Shown here: positions 1 to 11,554 of the stretch, piece after piece
How the letters are laid out: every line of letters starts with the position of its first letter
Position numbering within the stretch: the first letter of the stretch is position 1
Source of the DNA: Craspedostauros australis
Taxonomy: Eukaryota
NCBI GenBank assembly: GCA_030167865.1
Contig: JALAGF010002089.1
Coordinates: 1-64,000, forward strand
Reading direction: 5' to 3'
DNA: 64,000 nucleotides
The notes under the pieces: generated by a model
Told to the model about the DNA's origin: nothing
Seen by the model: the letters and a program-made list of their open reading frames with translations, nothing else
The model's database searches: none
Translations under genes and position numbers: made by a program

Positions 1-600
1 TCAAGGCTCTTCCTGTCAATCAACAATCAGTGACCCTGTGTTGATGTGATCTGGCACGTCGCAGATTCAACATATTGATGTGACCGCAATTGTCTTGAAG
101 TATCTCCAACGCATCCGCACTATGCATATTCAGGACGAAGACCAATAATGCATGGAAGATGCAATGCATAGACGATCAAAAGCCACCCTGGCGTACATGG
201 CACGCCACCAAGTCGGAAGCAAATGAAGGAACATCCGAAGCAGTTAGGCAAGCATATCAAGAATTGGAGGCTGTACAACCGTAAAGAGCACGATTGCGCA
301 AAAAGAGCAAGATCCTGATCGAAACGTGGATAAGATACACGACTCAAAACGATCCATCGAGTCGATGTCCTTAACGGGACTAAGATCGTGACTCGGGATA
401 GGGGCGCGCCAGCCTCGCCAGTTATGAAATTATGAGCCACGCAAACACCTCCACTGCAGCGGATGTCGAGCAGCCTCATTTTGTACCGCTTCAAACGTCT
501 CTTCCCTTCCGTGTCACTCAAGACTTTGTTACAGACTGTCGCTTCACTCCGACTTTGATCTGATCTCATCATGGCACTATGTAAGCTAGTGCTGCCTATG

Positions 601-1250
601 ATCGCACTCATGCATTGCGTCAATAACCAAGAAACAGCTTCGTCCGAAGCATCTACCTGCAAAGCGAGTTGCATCATTGTTTGGAGGAAGTGCCGGATTG
701 GTTTGCAGTAGGGATAGTACTGGTCCTGGCGAGACGGCTCTCCTATTGTACTTGAGCGAGTGAACGAGCATACGAGCTACGCTGTTGGGTAGAGCATGCC
801 ACTCTCCACCACTAAGTTGCGAGTGCAAACGATGGTCGCGGTGGCTCGTATGTTTGCATCACTGTTGCATCACTGTTGCATCATGCTCGTCCTTTCGCTT
901 GCAACACACATCGATAATCGCACTCATAGATTGCGTCAATAACAAACAAAACGCTTCGACGAAAGCACCGGCCTGCGAAGCGAGTTGTATCGGTGTTTGA
1001 GGGGCCGAGGAATTGGCCTTTTGTCCATTCGGCGATCGTCGTGTGATGCATTCCAAGTGCAGAATAGCCATGGCCAACATTCCTCGGGATCGCCAAGATG
1101 CTCGAGCAAGCGAATGAATGAAAGAAACCACATCTCCCAGGCTGACCAATCGTGAACGGTACTCATGGTGGCTCGTATAGTACTACATAATCGCATCATC
1201 TTTGCATCAGTTTTGCATCACCTCATCCATTGCCTGAGCACGCAACGATG
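601..1250. repeat. Diverged direct tandem duplication, two units of about 316-335 bp
   Basis: ATCGCACTCATGCATTGCGTCAATAACCAAGAAACAGCTTCG... at 601 aligns with ATCGCACTCATAGATTGCGTCAATAACAAACAAAACGCTTCG... at 917 over about 85 bp. The unit ends also match (GGTGGCTCGTAT followed by TTGCATCA mini-repeats at about 840 and 1167). The middles are poorly alignable. Confidence 0.75.
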
Positions 1251-4113
1251 ATCAGAGTGACGGATTGTTTGTGCACCCACAGCGATGCCAATTTTGGCGC
1301 GTTTCGATGCGTTTCTCCTCTTCCCGTTTTTGCATCAAGATTTCATCGCTGTGGCCGATGTGGTCGATGTGGTCGAGTGCACATGAATGGCTGGGAGAAC
1401 GGAAAACGGCGACCGCTTCGACTGAATGTGAGATGCAAAATGAGGTGCGACAAGAAGGATCATGATGGTCGCGCAGGTAGGTACCTCATGGCAAACCAAC
1501 AAAGGAAGCGACCTTGTGGTTGTCCTCCTGGTACATTCGTTGTGTGGTGTGGATGTGGTGCGGCGTGGCGGTGTCGGAGATGCCGTCTTTGCGATTGATG
1601 CTGTTCGAGCATTCTCCATTCTGCATGCGATGTGCGAACAGGGCCAAACACATCTGCGAAGATCTCTCTGTTCCGAGACAGATCCCTGGCGCTGCGCATG
1701 CACCACAAGACATCACAGAAGGCAGTTTCCCATGTCAAAAGTAATTCGTGATTCGATGGCACCATGCTCATCTGTCGTGCAGGGGGTTCAAGGATGATGT
1801 TCGCAGCGATCACCACCAATAGTTTGTGCAGTAGTGGCGGGAGCAGAGAGCTCCTGTCCAAAGAGCGGAGCAGACAGGGCCACGTCTCCGTTGCAAGCCT
1901 TCATCGGTCGTACCACTCGCCACCGATCGTGTTGCAGCTGCGGCTGTGCCTTCATGAGTGATGCTGCTTTCTCTCTCTCTCTCTCTTGCTTCTACATCAT
2001 CATCTTCACGCCCTGTATACTTGTAGGTCATATGCATCTTTGCACTCTTGACAAAGTGCAGAGGCACGGGAGACGGATGGTGATTGGCGCTGAGTCTAAA
2101 ATTGTCAAAGAAAAAGCAGCCAAAAGCCGATCGCAAGAGGGTGAACAAGGATGTTGCTCTGCAAAGAACGCGGTTCCTACAGCTTCCGACTGACACGCAG
2201 CTTCTGGCGATCCGCAACTGGGATTGGGTCTCTCTTGGTTCGGCGCATGGTGTTTGCGGAGTCGCCATGATGTCTCATCCTTCTCGACCTTCCCCTTTTT
2301 CTCGCTGGTGGTTGCAGAATCAGAGGCATCCACTCGCTGCCGCGAGGCTGACACCGATAGCCACGGACGTCCACCTGGAAGGCTGCACGCGGATGTGTTC
2401 GTTCCCGCTTGCCCACACCACAGTCCCGTCTCCGCACTTGAACTTGCTGTGCATTCTGGTGACATGGAGGTTGCGTTCTTTCGGGACAACGAAGAGGGAG
2501 AAGGTCTCCAAGTGCTCTTTGGCATCACCTTTCCTGGGTTTGGGCCAGAGGATCGTGATGTCATGATGTCGACCTGTTCGGACATTCTGTTGGAGGGAAC
2601 GCGAAAGTCCTCTCTCTCATCCGATCGGCTTCAGGATCTTTTTGGTCACTCGGTGTCCATCGCTCCCAGTGCGGTTTGTGAAGGATCACTTGTCCTCAAA
2701 ACACTGCCTTCTCTCGCGGCGTGTGTTTCTCCAATGAAGACCTCGTGCAGCGTTGGTACTGGTGGCAGGGTACTTATGACTACTTGTCGCCGGAACAAAT
2801 GGGTGCGATGGGGCATGATTGTTTTGCTCTGCTCGTTGTTTGTGCACAATCAAGGCAATAATTCTTCTCGACGACCGAGCCGTGATTGCTGAATGTCATG
2901 TGATGTCACATAGTGACTGCGTGAATTATGACCTCACACAAAATGTCATTCCCAAGCGAGCGTGACGGGAGTACTCCCATCGAATACCGCACGACATAGA
3001 ATACGACATCACAACGACTCTGAAGTTGGTTCATTGCCAAATACCACCCTCAATGCGTTATTTGGAGCAATCGTGTCCACTGGAACAGCTTTGCCCAGAC
3101 GCGTCACTGGTACCTAACAAAATTGACGCAAGCGGGCACAGCAACATCACATTTTCCAGAGGCGGTTCCTGTGTTGACATGAGCACCAAACACGAGTTGC
3201 TCGTCGCTGTTCCATCGATGTGCGTTGTGTCGTCGTGGTTGTGGACAGCCGACCACGATTGCGGACTGTGCCCTTGTTCTCGGCTTCGTCACAGAAGATC
3301 GCCAACACGAACTAGATTTTGGCGTTGAGTTTGAGCGCAGACACGTGCAATACAGCGATTGTGGAATTTCGTGCCACTCATCTTCCAAGTGCTCGCAGTT
3401 CAGTGCATGCGACGGCATCATTTTTGGTGGTTGCGCCAGTCCGAATGGTAACAAATGCACCGCGCGATTGGAGGAGGAGAGCATTTCACGGCCAGCGAAA
3501 CACGACAAACCTCAACTTTCGTCATCTCGCCACCAGTGAGCACACAAACACGGACGAGGATGCCGACGCGCCCACGCGCCAACACGACAAGGATCACAGA
3601 AAACGCAATACTGGGAAAGCAGCGCAGGATCCATCGCTGTTCATCATCATCATCATCGTTGATGCCTTTCTCATAAAAACAAGCCATCCGTATCGCCTCC
3701 AAACTACACATCTCATACAAGGCCACAGAATAGAGGAGAGAGCAGAGTTGTTGACAACAGCATCATCCGCACCGCATCACATCACATCACATCACTTCAA
3801 CCACCTTAAGAACGTCACCTCCATGCAAGAACAGAGGACGAGAAAGGACGAAAACAGCAGAAAGCCAGAACATCAAGGTCATTGTTGACAAGGAACTTTT
3901 TCCGCTCTCTGTTCTGCTCTCTGCTGGACTCTCGCATCACATCATCTCTGTGCGAACATTCCCTCCCTGCTCGTACAATCCGCGATCAACGCGCAGGGTG
4001 CCGGTGACAGAGCAACAACACCAAGGCCACTCGCACATGGCATAAAATCTGCATTCACAATCGACAGTCAACAATAGAAGACGATACACTTCGATAGAAC
4101 GCAATACAATACA

Positions 4114-5415
4114 ATGATGACAAGCAAGGACGGAAGCTCCACCATCATGGACACAACCATAGACATGAGCATGGACATGAGCATGGGCAGGGAGGAGGGC
4201 ATAAACGTGGCTGATAGCACAACGGATCTGGAGCTTGATACAGAGCAGGGCGCATTGCATGCCAACACTCAAGACCATCACATTATCCACATGAGCCACA
4301 TTAACAACATTGAATACGACAGAGCAGACAGCAGCCACACTTCCCATGCTGACGAGGACGTGGATGAGGACGACATCTGCAGCAGAGACATGGGCATGAA
4401 CGTGACGGACGCAGAGCACGCGGCATGGACCAAAGAGCAGGCCAGGCTCAAGATCCACTTCGCGGAGCACAACGCCGAGACCTTCGGAGAATCCTTCTCG
4501 GACACGGAAAGCGACTCCACCAACGACCAGGCCTCCGTCATCTCCTCCTTCTCGCAGTCCTTGTCCTCCACGGCGGCGGCCGTCGCCTACGCTGCATTCG
4601 TCACGTTGCCAGGCCTCTTCGTGCATCAGATCCTGCGATGCGTGGCGATGAGAGCGGTGCGGCGGCGACTGGGATGGGCCCTCCTCTCTGTGCTCTCCCT
4701 CTTCCTGGGACTCTTCATCGCCGCCAAGTACCAGGAGGCTGTGGCCGACGGTCTGCCGGACACCAAGACCATGTACCAAACTGGCAGAGTCTGCGCGATG
4801 GAGCAGCTGCACAACTCGGGATCCAACAGCGACCCGCAATTCCTCGCCTTCATGACGATGGACTCGCCCGACGCCGCCAACCAACGGCCCGATACGACGA
4901 TCGCGCACTGCGGCGACTGCGGACAATGCAGCAACCCCCATGACATCAAAATATACGACGACACCAAGTCCACCCTCTTCCGTGACACCCTCTACTGCTC
5001 CAAAAAATCCGTCACGGGCGGCGCCGAAGTCGTGCGAGAATGCCTAGACGAGTACGTCGGCTTCACGGAAGGATGCAACGACTGCTGGGTCGAAAACGTC
5101 ATGTGCGACGTGCGCAACTGCCTCTTCGCCTGCATGTGGCACGCCATGTTCAACAAGGTCGACGCCGGCAGCGGTCAGCACGATGACGACGGCAAGCAGA
5201 GGCAGCAGGCCCTCAACGCGTGCACGAAGTGCGACGAACGGCGGTGCGGTCCGGCCTTCATCACGTGCGCCGGTGCCAACCGCCGGCGGTCCGGTATCAT
5301 GTCCGAATTTCAGCGCAGCGACGATGCCGAAGTCTGTCACGATGTTCAAGTCGGATGGTGGCAGAATGACGAATTGCAGAACCAATTCAAGCAGCAGGAA
5401 GGTATGGATCAATAG
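4114..5415 (+). CDS. Membrane protein with a C-terminal cysteine-rich domain, function unknown (433 aa)
   Basis: Uninterrupted ORF with coding-like C/G3 bias. Acidic N-terminus, hydrophobic segments (AAVAYAAFVTLPGLFV; LGWALLSVLSLFLGLFIAA), then HCGDCGQCS...CNDCW...C...C...C...CTKCDERRCGPAFITCAGANRRRSGI. Confidence 0.8.
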   Translation: MMTSKDGSSTIMDTTIDMSMDMSMGREEGINVADSTTDLELDTEQGALHANTQDHHIIHMSHINNIEYDRADSSHTSHADEDVDEDDICSRDMGMNVTDAEHAAWTKEQARLKIHFAEHNAETFGESFSDTESDSTNDQASVISSFSQSLSSTAAAVAYAAFVTLPGLFVHQILRCVAMRAVRRRLGWALLSVLSLFLGLFIAAKYQEAVADGLPDTKTMYQTGRVCAMEQLHNSGSNSDPQFLAFMTMDSPDAANQRPDTTIAHCGDCGQCSNPHDIKIYDDTKSTLFRDTLYCSKKSVTGGAEVVRECLDEYVGFTEGCNDCWVENVMCDVRNCLFACMWHAMFNKVDAGSGQHDDDGKQRQQALNACTKCDERRCGPAFITCAGANRRRSGIMSEFQRSDDAEVCHDVQVGWWQNDELQNQFKQQEGMDQ

Positions 5416-5720
5416 GCAAACGCATTGCCGTCCATCTTTCGTTGCAACGCGGTGGACAATGCCATACGTGCTCTACATACTTGTACATACTCGTACGAGC
5501 TCGTACGTGCGATATGGAGTAGTATGGCGCACATGTCCTCTTTCCCGCAAGAATTTTGGCTCCTCGTTCCATGGATAACGAGTACTCATATCACATCATA
5601 CAATAACTTCTAATATCAAAGCCATGGAGCAACCGAATAGAGTTTACATAGAGCAGAAGTAACAATAGACTCGACATGACATCTCATTATATTCTATTGC
5701 ATTGTACGACAAGCACTCCC

Positions 5721-8225
5721 TCACATCGACGCATCCGCGTAACCACCTTGAAACTCCAACATGGTCTGCGCTTCCGACAATTCGTTTTGCAGATCCGACT
5801 TCTCCTGTTGCACCGCCTTGAGATCAGCCTGGAATTTCGTGCGCGCCCGGATCAGCGTCGTCTGGATCTGCAGCACGTGCTGCTTGTTCTCGGTCTTCAG
5901 CGCTTCCGTTGCGGCCTCGTGTGCGTCCTGTTCCTGTCGCAACGCCAACGCGTGCTTGAGATCGAGCCGTTCCTTCTGTTCGCGCAAGAGCTGCCCTTGC
6001 TTGTCCTTCTGCTCCTGCATGACGCCCCGGAAATGCTGCTTCAGGTCCTTGATCGTCTTCACGATCTCCTTCTCATGCCTTTGTTTTGCGTCGTCCAGCT
6101 GTTTTTGGAATGTGGTGCCTTGGACCCGCATGGCTTGGACGAGTGCTGCCACATTCTGTTCCAATGCAGCGATTTGCTCTTTGTGCTTCTTGTCGCTTTC
6201 CGTTGCGGCTTGACTTTCCTGTTTTGCTGCCGTTGCGGCGCTGTTGGGTGTTGCGACCGTGACAAGTGGAACATTGCCACCATCAACACTACGTTCATGC
6301 GATACTACTGCTACTGGCTGCACCAAGTCGTTCGTGGCAGTCTCTGCCTGCCGCGTTGTGCGTTGTCGTTTAGAGCTGGCACTGGATGGGTGTTCGACGG
6401 ACGGTGGCTTTCGCTTCGTCGGAACAGGATCAGGAATCACTTGCGCACTTGACGCCACTGGTTGCTGTTGTTGTTGCTGCTGAGCGTGCGTTTCATCATC
6501 GGTTGCAGCGCGTTGATGGCTACTTTGTACGGGGCTCACTTGCGCAGAGACAATCACGGCGGGAGCAGGAGAATCACTTTGACCATCGTTGTTGATGCCG
6601 CTGCCGCTGTCAAATGTGGCACTCTGTACAACTTCAGGTGCTCTGGATGTTGCTTGCACTTGTTGACCAACTGCATTCTCATCCGAAGCAATCGGTTCCA
6701 AGGTTGGCGTGCCGGCCTGGTTTTGGTCGTCCGCTTTCGGTGTCTCCTTGCTGATGATTGTCATGGGCAAGACCGTGCTGCTCACAGTGTCGGAATCAGC
6801 ACTCTGTGCAACCGCGTGCGATGAGGAGGTGGTGATCGCATCTGACAGAAACTGCGAATCTGTCGCGCCATTTTCGCTTGTTGTGATGGATGGCAATGCT
6901 GCTGGTGCCGACGATGCGACATGTTGATCCTCATTTGGGTCTCTGCCACCTTGTAGACTGCGGTGCGCTTCTTCCGTCGCGCTGGAGCCGGAGCTGATGG
7001 ACATGTCGTCATCGGATGCATCCAGCAGAGGCCCAGTTGTGCCGGAATTGATGCTGACATTTCGCGGTTGGGAGCATTCTCTCGTTGTGAGCTGTTCCTC
7101 CGGCTGTTCATGTGTGCTGACTGATTTGTCTTCATGAGCCGCTTGCGTCGTTGGAGCCGCACGGAAGAGTTGAACATTCGGAGCTCTTTCATTGGTGCTG
7201 CCATTATTCTTGTCGTTGTTCTCGCTACCATCGCTATTGGTCATGTTGCCAGTGCCACTGTTTCCATGGCTTCCGGCCCCGCTGCCATTCCCACCACTGA
7301 TGTTGTCATTGCATCTGCCGGTGTTGCCGTCAGGAATGGAACAGTAAACATCGAATCCATCTCGCAGCCTTGGCTGGCACACACCGTGCTGATTCCTGCC
7401 TCCATTCGTCATCGACTTCCAGCATTGTTTGACAAAATAGAAGTTGGGCAAGTAGATCATGGCAACCCAGTTCGATTCGAAGACGATCGTCATCTTTTGA
7501 TTGAAATTGGGCATGTGATGCTTGCGGATGTAGTCACCTAACTCGAAGGGAGTGACGCCTTCGAGCCAACCGGATAGTTTAATAGCTTTTTGCCGTTTGG
7601 TAAGCTTGGGGCTGATCACTTGCGGTGCAGTGGGATGCTGATGCTGGTTCTTCTTCTTGTCAGGGGTGCGAATGTTGTGATGTTGCTGTTTCTGATTTTG
7701 ATGGGATAACGCCGCCTTATGTTTCTGTTTGTGCTGCTGTTTGTGCTGCTGCTTGTGCTTATGAGCAGGATGTTGCTGGGAGCTCTGCTGGGAACCCTTC
7801 TTCCCCCATCGACATGGCTTGTTGTGAGCGTACTCGCCATGCCCATTCGCGGCGGACACGGAACGTACACCTTGACGGCCTCCGTGCTTCCATTGCGACG
7901 CCTGTTTCCACTGCCGGTTGTGATGTTTCTGGTTGTTGCTGCCTGTGGGATTGTTGGAATGATTGGTTGCATGATACGCATACGCTTGCGTCGATGCTGG
8001 CTGGGATGGCGCAGTTCTCCAGCTGTTGTTGCTGTTGCCGGCATGGTTGATGGAAGCTCGCGATTGCTGATGAAAGCCAGGGTTGTTCTTTTTGGCAAAT
8101 GGCGGCACCGTGACTTTCGTTGCAGTCGCAAACGAGCGCGGAGCGAGTCTCTTCGCCTTCGGCTTGGGTTGCTGGCTGTTGTATACAACGGTTGCCTTCG
8201 TGTTGATGACAGTTGGCGTCTTCAT
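5721..8225 (-). CDS. Low-complexity protein with a possible degenerate RRM-like segment and a C-terminal coiled coil
   Basis: Stop-free frame of more than 830 codons; first ATG at 8225 (MKTPTV). Q/H/N-rich N-terminus, one globular-looking stretch (KAIKLSGWLEGVTPFELGDYI...VAMIYLP), S/T/A-rich linker, and a heptad-rich last 170 aa or so. The RRM resemblance is tentative. Confidence 0.75.
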   Translation of the reverse strand: MKTPTVINTKATVVYNSQQPKPKAKRLAPRSFATATKVTVPPFAKKNNPGFHQQSRASINHAGNSNNSWRTAPSQPASTQAYAYHATNHSNNPTGSNNQKHHNRQWKQASQWKHGGRQGVRSVSAANGHGEYAHNKPCRWGKKGSQQSSQQHPAHKHKQQHKQQHKQKHKAALSHQNQKQQHHNIRTPDKKKNQHQHPTAPQVISPKLTKRQKAIKLSGWLEGVTPFELGDYIRKHHMPNFNQKMTIVFESNWVAMIYLPNFYFVKQCWKSMTNGGRNQHGVCQPRLRDGFDVYCSIPDGNTGRCNDNISGGNGSGAGSHGNSGTGNMTNSDGSENNDKNNGSTNERAPNVQLFRAAPTTQAAHEDKSVSTHEQPEEQLTTRECSQPRNVSINSGTTGPLLDASDDDMSISSGSSATEEAHRSLQGGRDPNEDQHVASSAPAALPSITTSENGATDSQFLSDAITTSSSHAVAQSADSDTVSSTVLPMTIISKETPKADDQNQAGTPTLEPIASDENAVGQQVQATSRAPEVVQSATFDSGSGINNDGQSDSPAPAVIVSAQVSPVQSSHQRAATDDETHAQQQQQQQPVASSAQVIPDPVPTKRKPPSVEHPSSASSKRQRTTRQAETATNDLVQPVAVVSHERSVDGGNVPLVTVATPNSAATAAKQESQAATESDKKHKEQIAALEQNVAALVQAMRVQGTTFQKQLDDAKQRHEKEIVKTIKDLKQHFRGVMQEQKDKQGQLLREQKERLDLKHALALRQEQDAHEAATEALKTENKQHVLQIQTTLIRARTKFQADLKAVQQEKSDLQNELSEAQTMLEFQGGYADASM

Positions 8226-9235
8226 CGCATCACCAACCAACTGCGTGTGGTTCTGGTGCGTGCGTAGAGTACCACTATGTCGCTGATATGCAATGCTATG
8301 CAATGCTGTGCAATCGCTTGGTGTGATGGGAGTGCTTCTGCTGCGAGGACTCCTCTCCTTCGTCGTCTTCTTCTGCTTCTGCTTTTGATGTGTTGTCCTT
8401 GCTCAATGGGTCTCTCTATCTTTCTACCTATTATATATCTCTAGCTATAATAGCTCTCTTGTTGTGGAGCAATCGCACTCGTAGTCGTACCTCTCCCCTG
8501 AAGGGTCTCTCTCTCTCTGGGGAGGATGGCGGGAAGAGGCATCGGAGAGTTCCGAAGATGGCGCCGACGCCAAGGACCCAAACCCACGATGACGGTCGTC
8601 GTCGCCACGTTTGCCATACCGTTTGTTGCGGCTTTTTTGAAATAACGGTGGTTTGGCGAGTCGTGATTCGTGACTCGATACAAATCGGATGGTTCATAGA
8701 ATATTCTGCGAGCGTAGACAAAAGTATCAACAATGCCGTTTTGCCCGAATATTTCCATGTGCGAGTAGTCTTTGTCAGTACTCGTACAATTTCACGTGTG
8801 ATATAATAGGTTAGATGGTTATGGTGCGACCACGAATTATCTACTCGAACGGATGATAAATCGTGGCTCGTGCTGGTTGGATGTCTCTCAAGGAATACTG
8901 GTGGTCGTGGCCGTTCTGTGTTGTGGATGAGTTATTCGTGCTCGTGACACAGTGACACGGCACTCCTATTGATGCTCGCAGACTCCTCGTGTTGGATGGT
9001 ACTCTGATCGTGCGTGCCCTGCGGGATCGCGCCAATGTTATGTGGAATTCGTCCAGTGACGTGGGACCCAATGACTCAAGTATGGTAGTCTCTGTGGGAT
9101 GATGAAGTGAAGTGTTGCCGGCAACCCGTTTGGTGTGATTGAAGCGTTGACCACACCAAACTGCGGATGTGCGACGGCGGTGTTGCTTGTTGCTGTTTTC
9201 CCTGTTCCGAACAAGTGCACGCTCGAGTGCGAGCA

Positions 9236-10426
9236 TCACGGGTTGTTGATGCCAATGTCAATGTAAATGAAGTTCGAGCACAGGAGATGAAAGATGGCGT
9301 CGGGGGAATTCACCACCTTCTCCTGCTCCACGAGCTTTCCAAACATCTTCATGCTCGCCTTGGCGTTGTGCTGGATGGATCGCACCGTGTCCTTCAACTT
9401 CCACAGCATGTCGTTTCTCTGGATCAGCGGCTTCATCTTGTCGCTCCAGTCGTTGATGTCCACCACGATGCCGGGGTAGTTCATCGTGATCAGATGGCGG
9501 CTGTTGCGCAAGGCTTTCCAAATGGCCTTGGACGACTTGATTTGGCTGGCCTGCGACGGGGCATCGTGCAAGCTGAGGAAGATGGAGAACTTCCTGTCTC
9601 GCTTGCAGGACAGCGCTGTGACGAAGTCCTTCTCGAGTGCGCCCGGGTCACGGTAGTGGCCGGACAGGAACACGGACTCGATCATCGTGTTCGCGGAGAG
9701 AGCTTCGATCACGTCCGTCCAGAACTGATCGCCGATGAACTCCCTCTTGTCCTGGATGTTCAGGCTGACGAGTGTCTTGGACTTGGCGATGGCAGCGCCT
9801 AGGGCCCTTCCGACGATGGATGTGGAGAGGAACTTGATGGTGTGCACCTTGCACGATGGGGCGTTTAGGCGCTTGCAGAACGCGAGCCCGGAATCGGCGA
9901 ACGTGCACTGCAAGAGCTGCACGGTCTTGGCATGGTCCGCCAACCAGCGGGATGCCACCGGGCTGATGTTGTCCATCTGCTCGATGTTGATGTAGTCAAG
10001 CTCGTTGATGGTGCTGTCCACGATCATGTCGAGCAGCCAAGGCCTGTAGACATCGTTGATGGTCTTGGGACGGGGATCGTCCCTGAAAGCATTGATTATG
10101 ATTCGCATGCCTTCTATGATCTCGTGGAGATGGGCCTCCTCGTCGAGACTCGCCGTCTTCACCATGACCTTGACGTTGTGGAAAGTTGCCAGGTGCGTCA
10201 TCGTTGGGATGAGACCTCTTTTGCTGGTGTGATAGAAGACGAACCTAGACATTCGGAACGGTGGCTGGTTGAGCGCACTGCGCAATCTCACCTCTTTCTC
10301 CAGATGGAGTGTCGTGCGCCCTTCCATCTTGTGGATAGGAACAACGACGTTAGGGTTTACATTCCTGAAACGTTGTTTGATGAGCTTCCGACGTTGTTCC
10401 GCTGTGAGTGGTGCGTTGGTTTGCAT
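9236..10426 (-). CDS. Hypothetical protein, probably RNI-like leucine-rich-repeat fold
   Basis: 396-aa ORF from ATG 10426 (MQTNAP) with strong coding bias. Repeated segments such as ALGAAIAKSKTLVSLNI, IEALSANTMIESVFL and WKALRNSRHLITMNY resemble RNI-like repeats. Confidence 0.65.
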   Translation of the reverse strand: MQTNAPLTAEQRRKLIKQRFRNVNPNVVVPIHKMEGRTTLHLEKEVRLRSALNQPPFRMSRFVFYHTSKRGLIPTMTHLATFHNVKVMVKTASLDEEAHLHEIIEGMRIIINAFRDDPRPKTINDVYRPWLLDMIVDSTINELDYINIEQMDNISPVASRWLADHAKTVQLLQCTFADSGLAFCKRLNAPSCKVHTIKFLSTSIVGRALGAAIAKSKTLVSLNIQDKREFIGDQFWTDVIEALSANTMIESVFLSGHYRDPGALEKDFVTALSCKRDRKFSIFLSLHDAPSQASQIKSSKAIWKALRNSRHLITMNYPGIVVDINDWSDKMKPLIQRNDMLWKLKDTVRSIQHNAKASMKMFGKLVEQEKVVNSPDAIFHLLCSNFIYIDIGINNP

Positions 10427-11450
10427 AGTGGCTGATGGAGAAAGGTGGGGAGTGGTGGGGTGTGGTGTGGTGTGGTGTACGCACAGGTGTAGATGTAGTT
10501 GTTGATGGTGTCGCAATACGATCGAGCAAAGCACGCGAGTTTATATTTTATGTGATGTCGTCGAATGGAGTGCGATTTGGCATCCACCAGACGATGATCG
10601 CGCACAACAATGGACGTGTCGATGCTATGTTTTTCTCTTCCTTCCTCGCGCCGTTCGGCTTGCGACTGTGCGTCGAACACCCCAGGCCGGACACCCGGAA
10701 GCGAAATGCGTTGAAAGTTGTAATTTCCGATACCAATGTCCATGGGGCACGTTATCCTCATACGTACTCGTGAAAGCGAGTGCAGTTTGTCGTGCCGTTC
10801 TCCTCACCCACAGCGTCGCTCCGTTGCCACAAAAGTAAAGATCAATTTCATTGTCATCACGCGATGATGGCCATTTCGCACAATCTGCGTGGCGACGATC
10901 GCTCTCTTGGAATCCGCGACGCTTGCGACCATTCGTCCGGCGGTCAAATCACACCGAGATCTTCATCGCAACCACGCCTCAGATTGAGAGAGGCGCAGAG
11001 CAAAGCTCCACATTCATTGATCTGCGTTCAATCTTCCAGAGTATACGAATACTCGGATGCCACATCCCGAAAGCCGACCCTTCGCAGTTGGCAATCCAAT
11101 CCCATCGACGACAATCAGATGTCAACCCCTGCTGTCGCCTCGCGTCATGTACCTTGCAAGGGCACACCCCATCGGATGGCGCCAAAGATCGTGGTTGCAG
11201 GGCGATCTTTCGCCTTCCATTTCAGGCAAGATGTGTGGTGGAGTTGTCTCCGAATCCAAACATGTGGTGTGTCGTTCTCGTCTTCGTCCTGTTTTTCGTC
11301 GGTTTGCTACATCCGTGGGCAATGCAATCGAAGGGGTCATGAAATGGTACAGTATCTACAGAGTTCCCAACGAGATGCTTGTGACATCGAGTGTCGAGCA
11401 ACATTAAGCATATCGACACATCACCGAACAGCGCGATATATTTTCTGTGT

Positions 11451-11500
11451 CGGGTGGCACCGATTGGCACAGAATAGCACCGATTGGCACACGTTGGCAC
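11451..11500. repeat. Five 10-bp phased units ending in GCAC
   Basis: CGGGTGGCAC|CGATTGGCAC|AGAATAGCAC|CGATTGGCAC|ACGTTGGCAC. Confidence 0.8.
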
Positions 11501-11554
11501 CGCTGCGCTGTGCGAAAGTCAATGTTGTCTCTGGGCTCCTTGTGCGCGCCAACC

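Noticed and set aside
586-1096. Minus-strand translations of the repeat give LVIDAMHECD and FVIDAIYECD, resembling a NACHT Walker B motif
   Set aside because: No Walker A or extended frame; the ORFs are short and the resemblance could easily be chance.
1570-1640. Possible inverted third copy of the 601/917 repeat head (terminal inverted repeat of a transposon)
   Set aside because: Similarity is limited to about 30 gapped bases, with no target-site duplication or transposase remnant seen.
2028-2892. Overlapping 185-222 aa ORFs, and a minus frame interrupted by two TGA codons (selenoprotein read-through?)
   Set aside because: No recognisable domain, no redox-motif context around the TGAs, no SECIS identified and weak codon bias.
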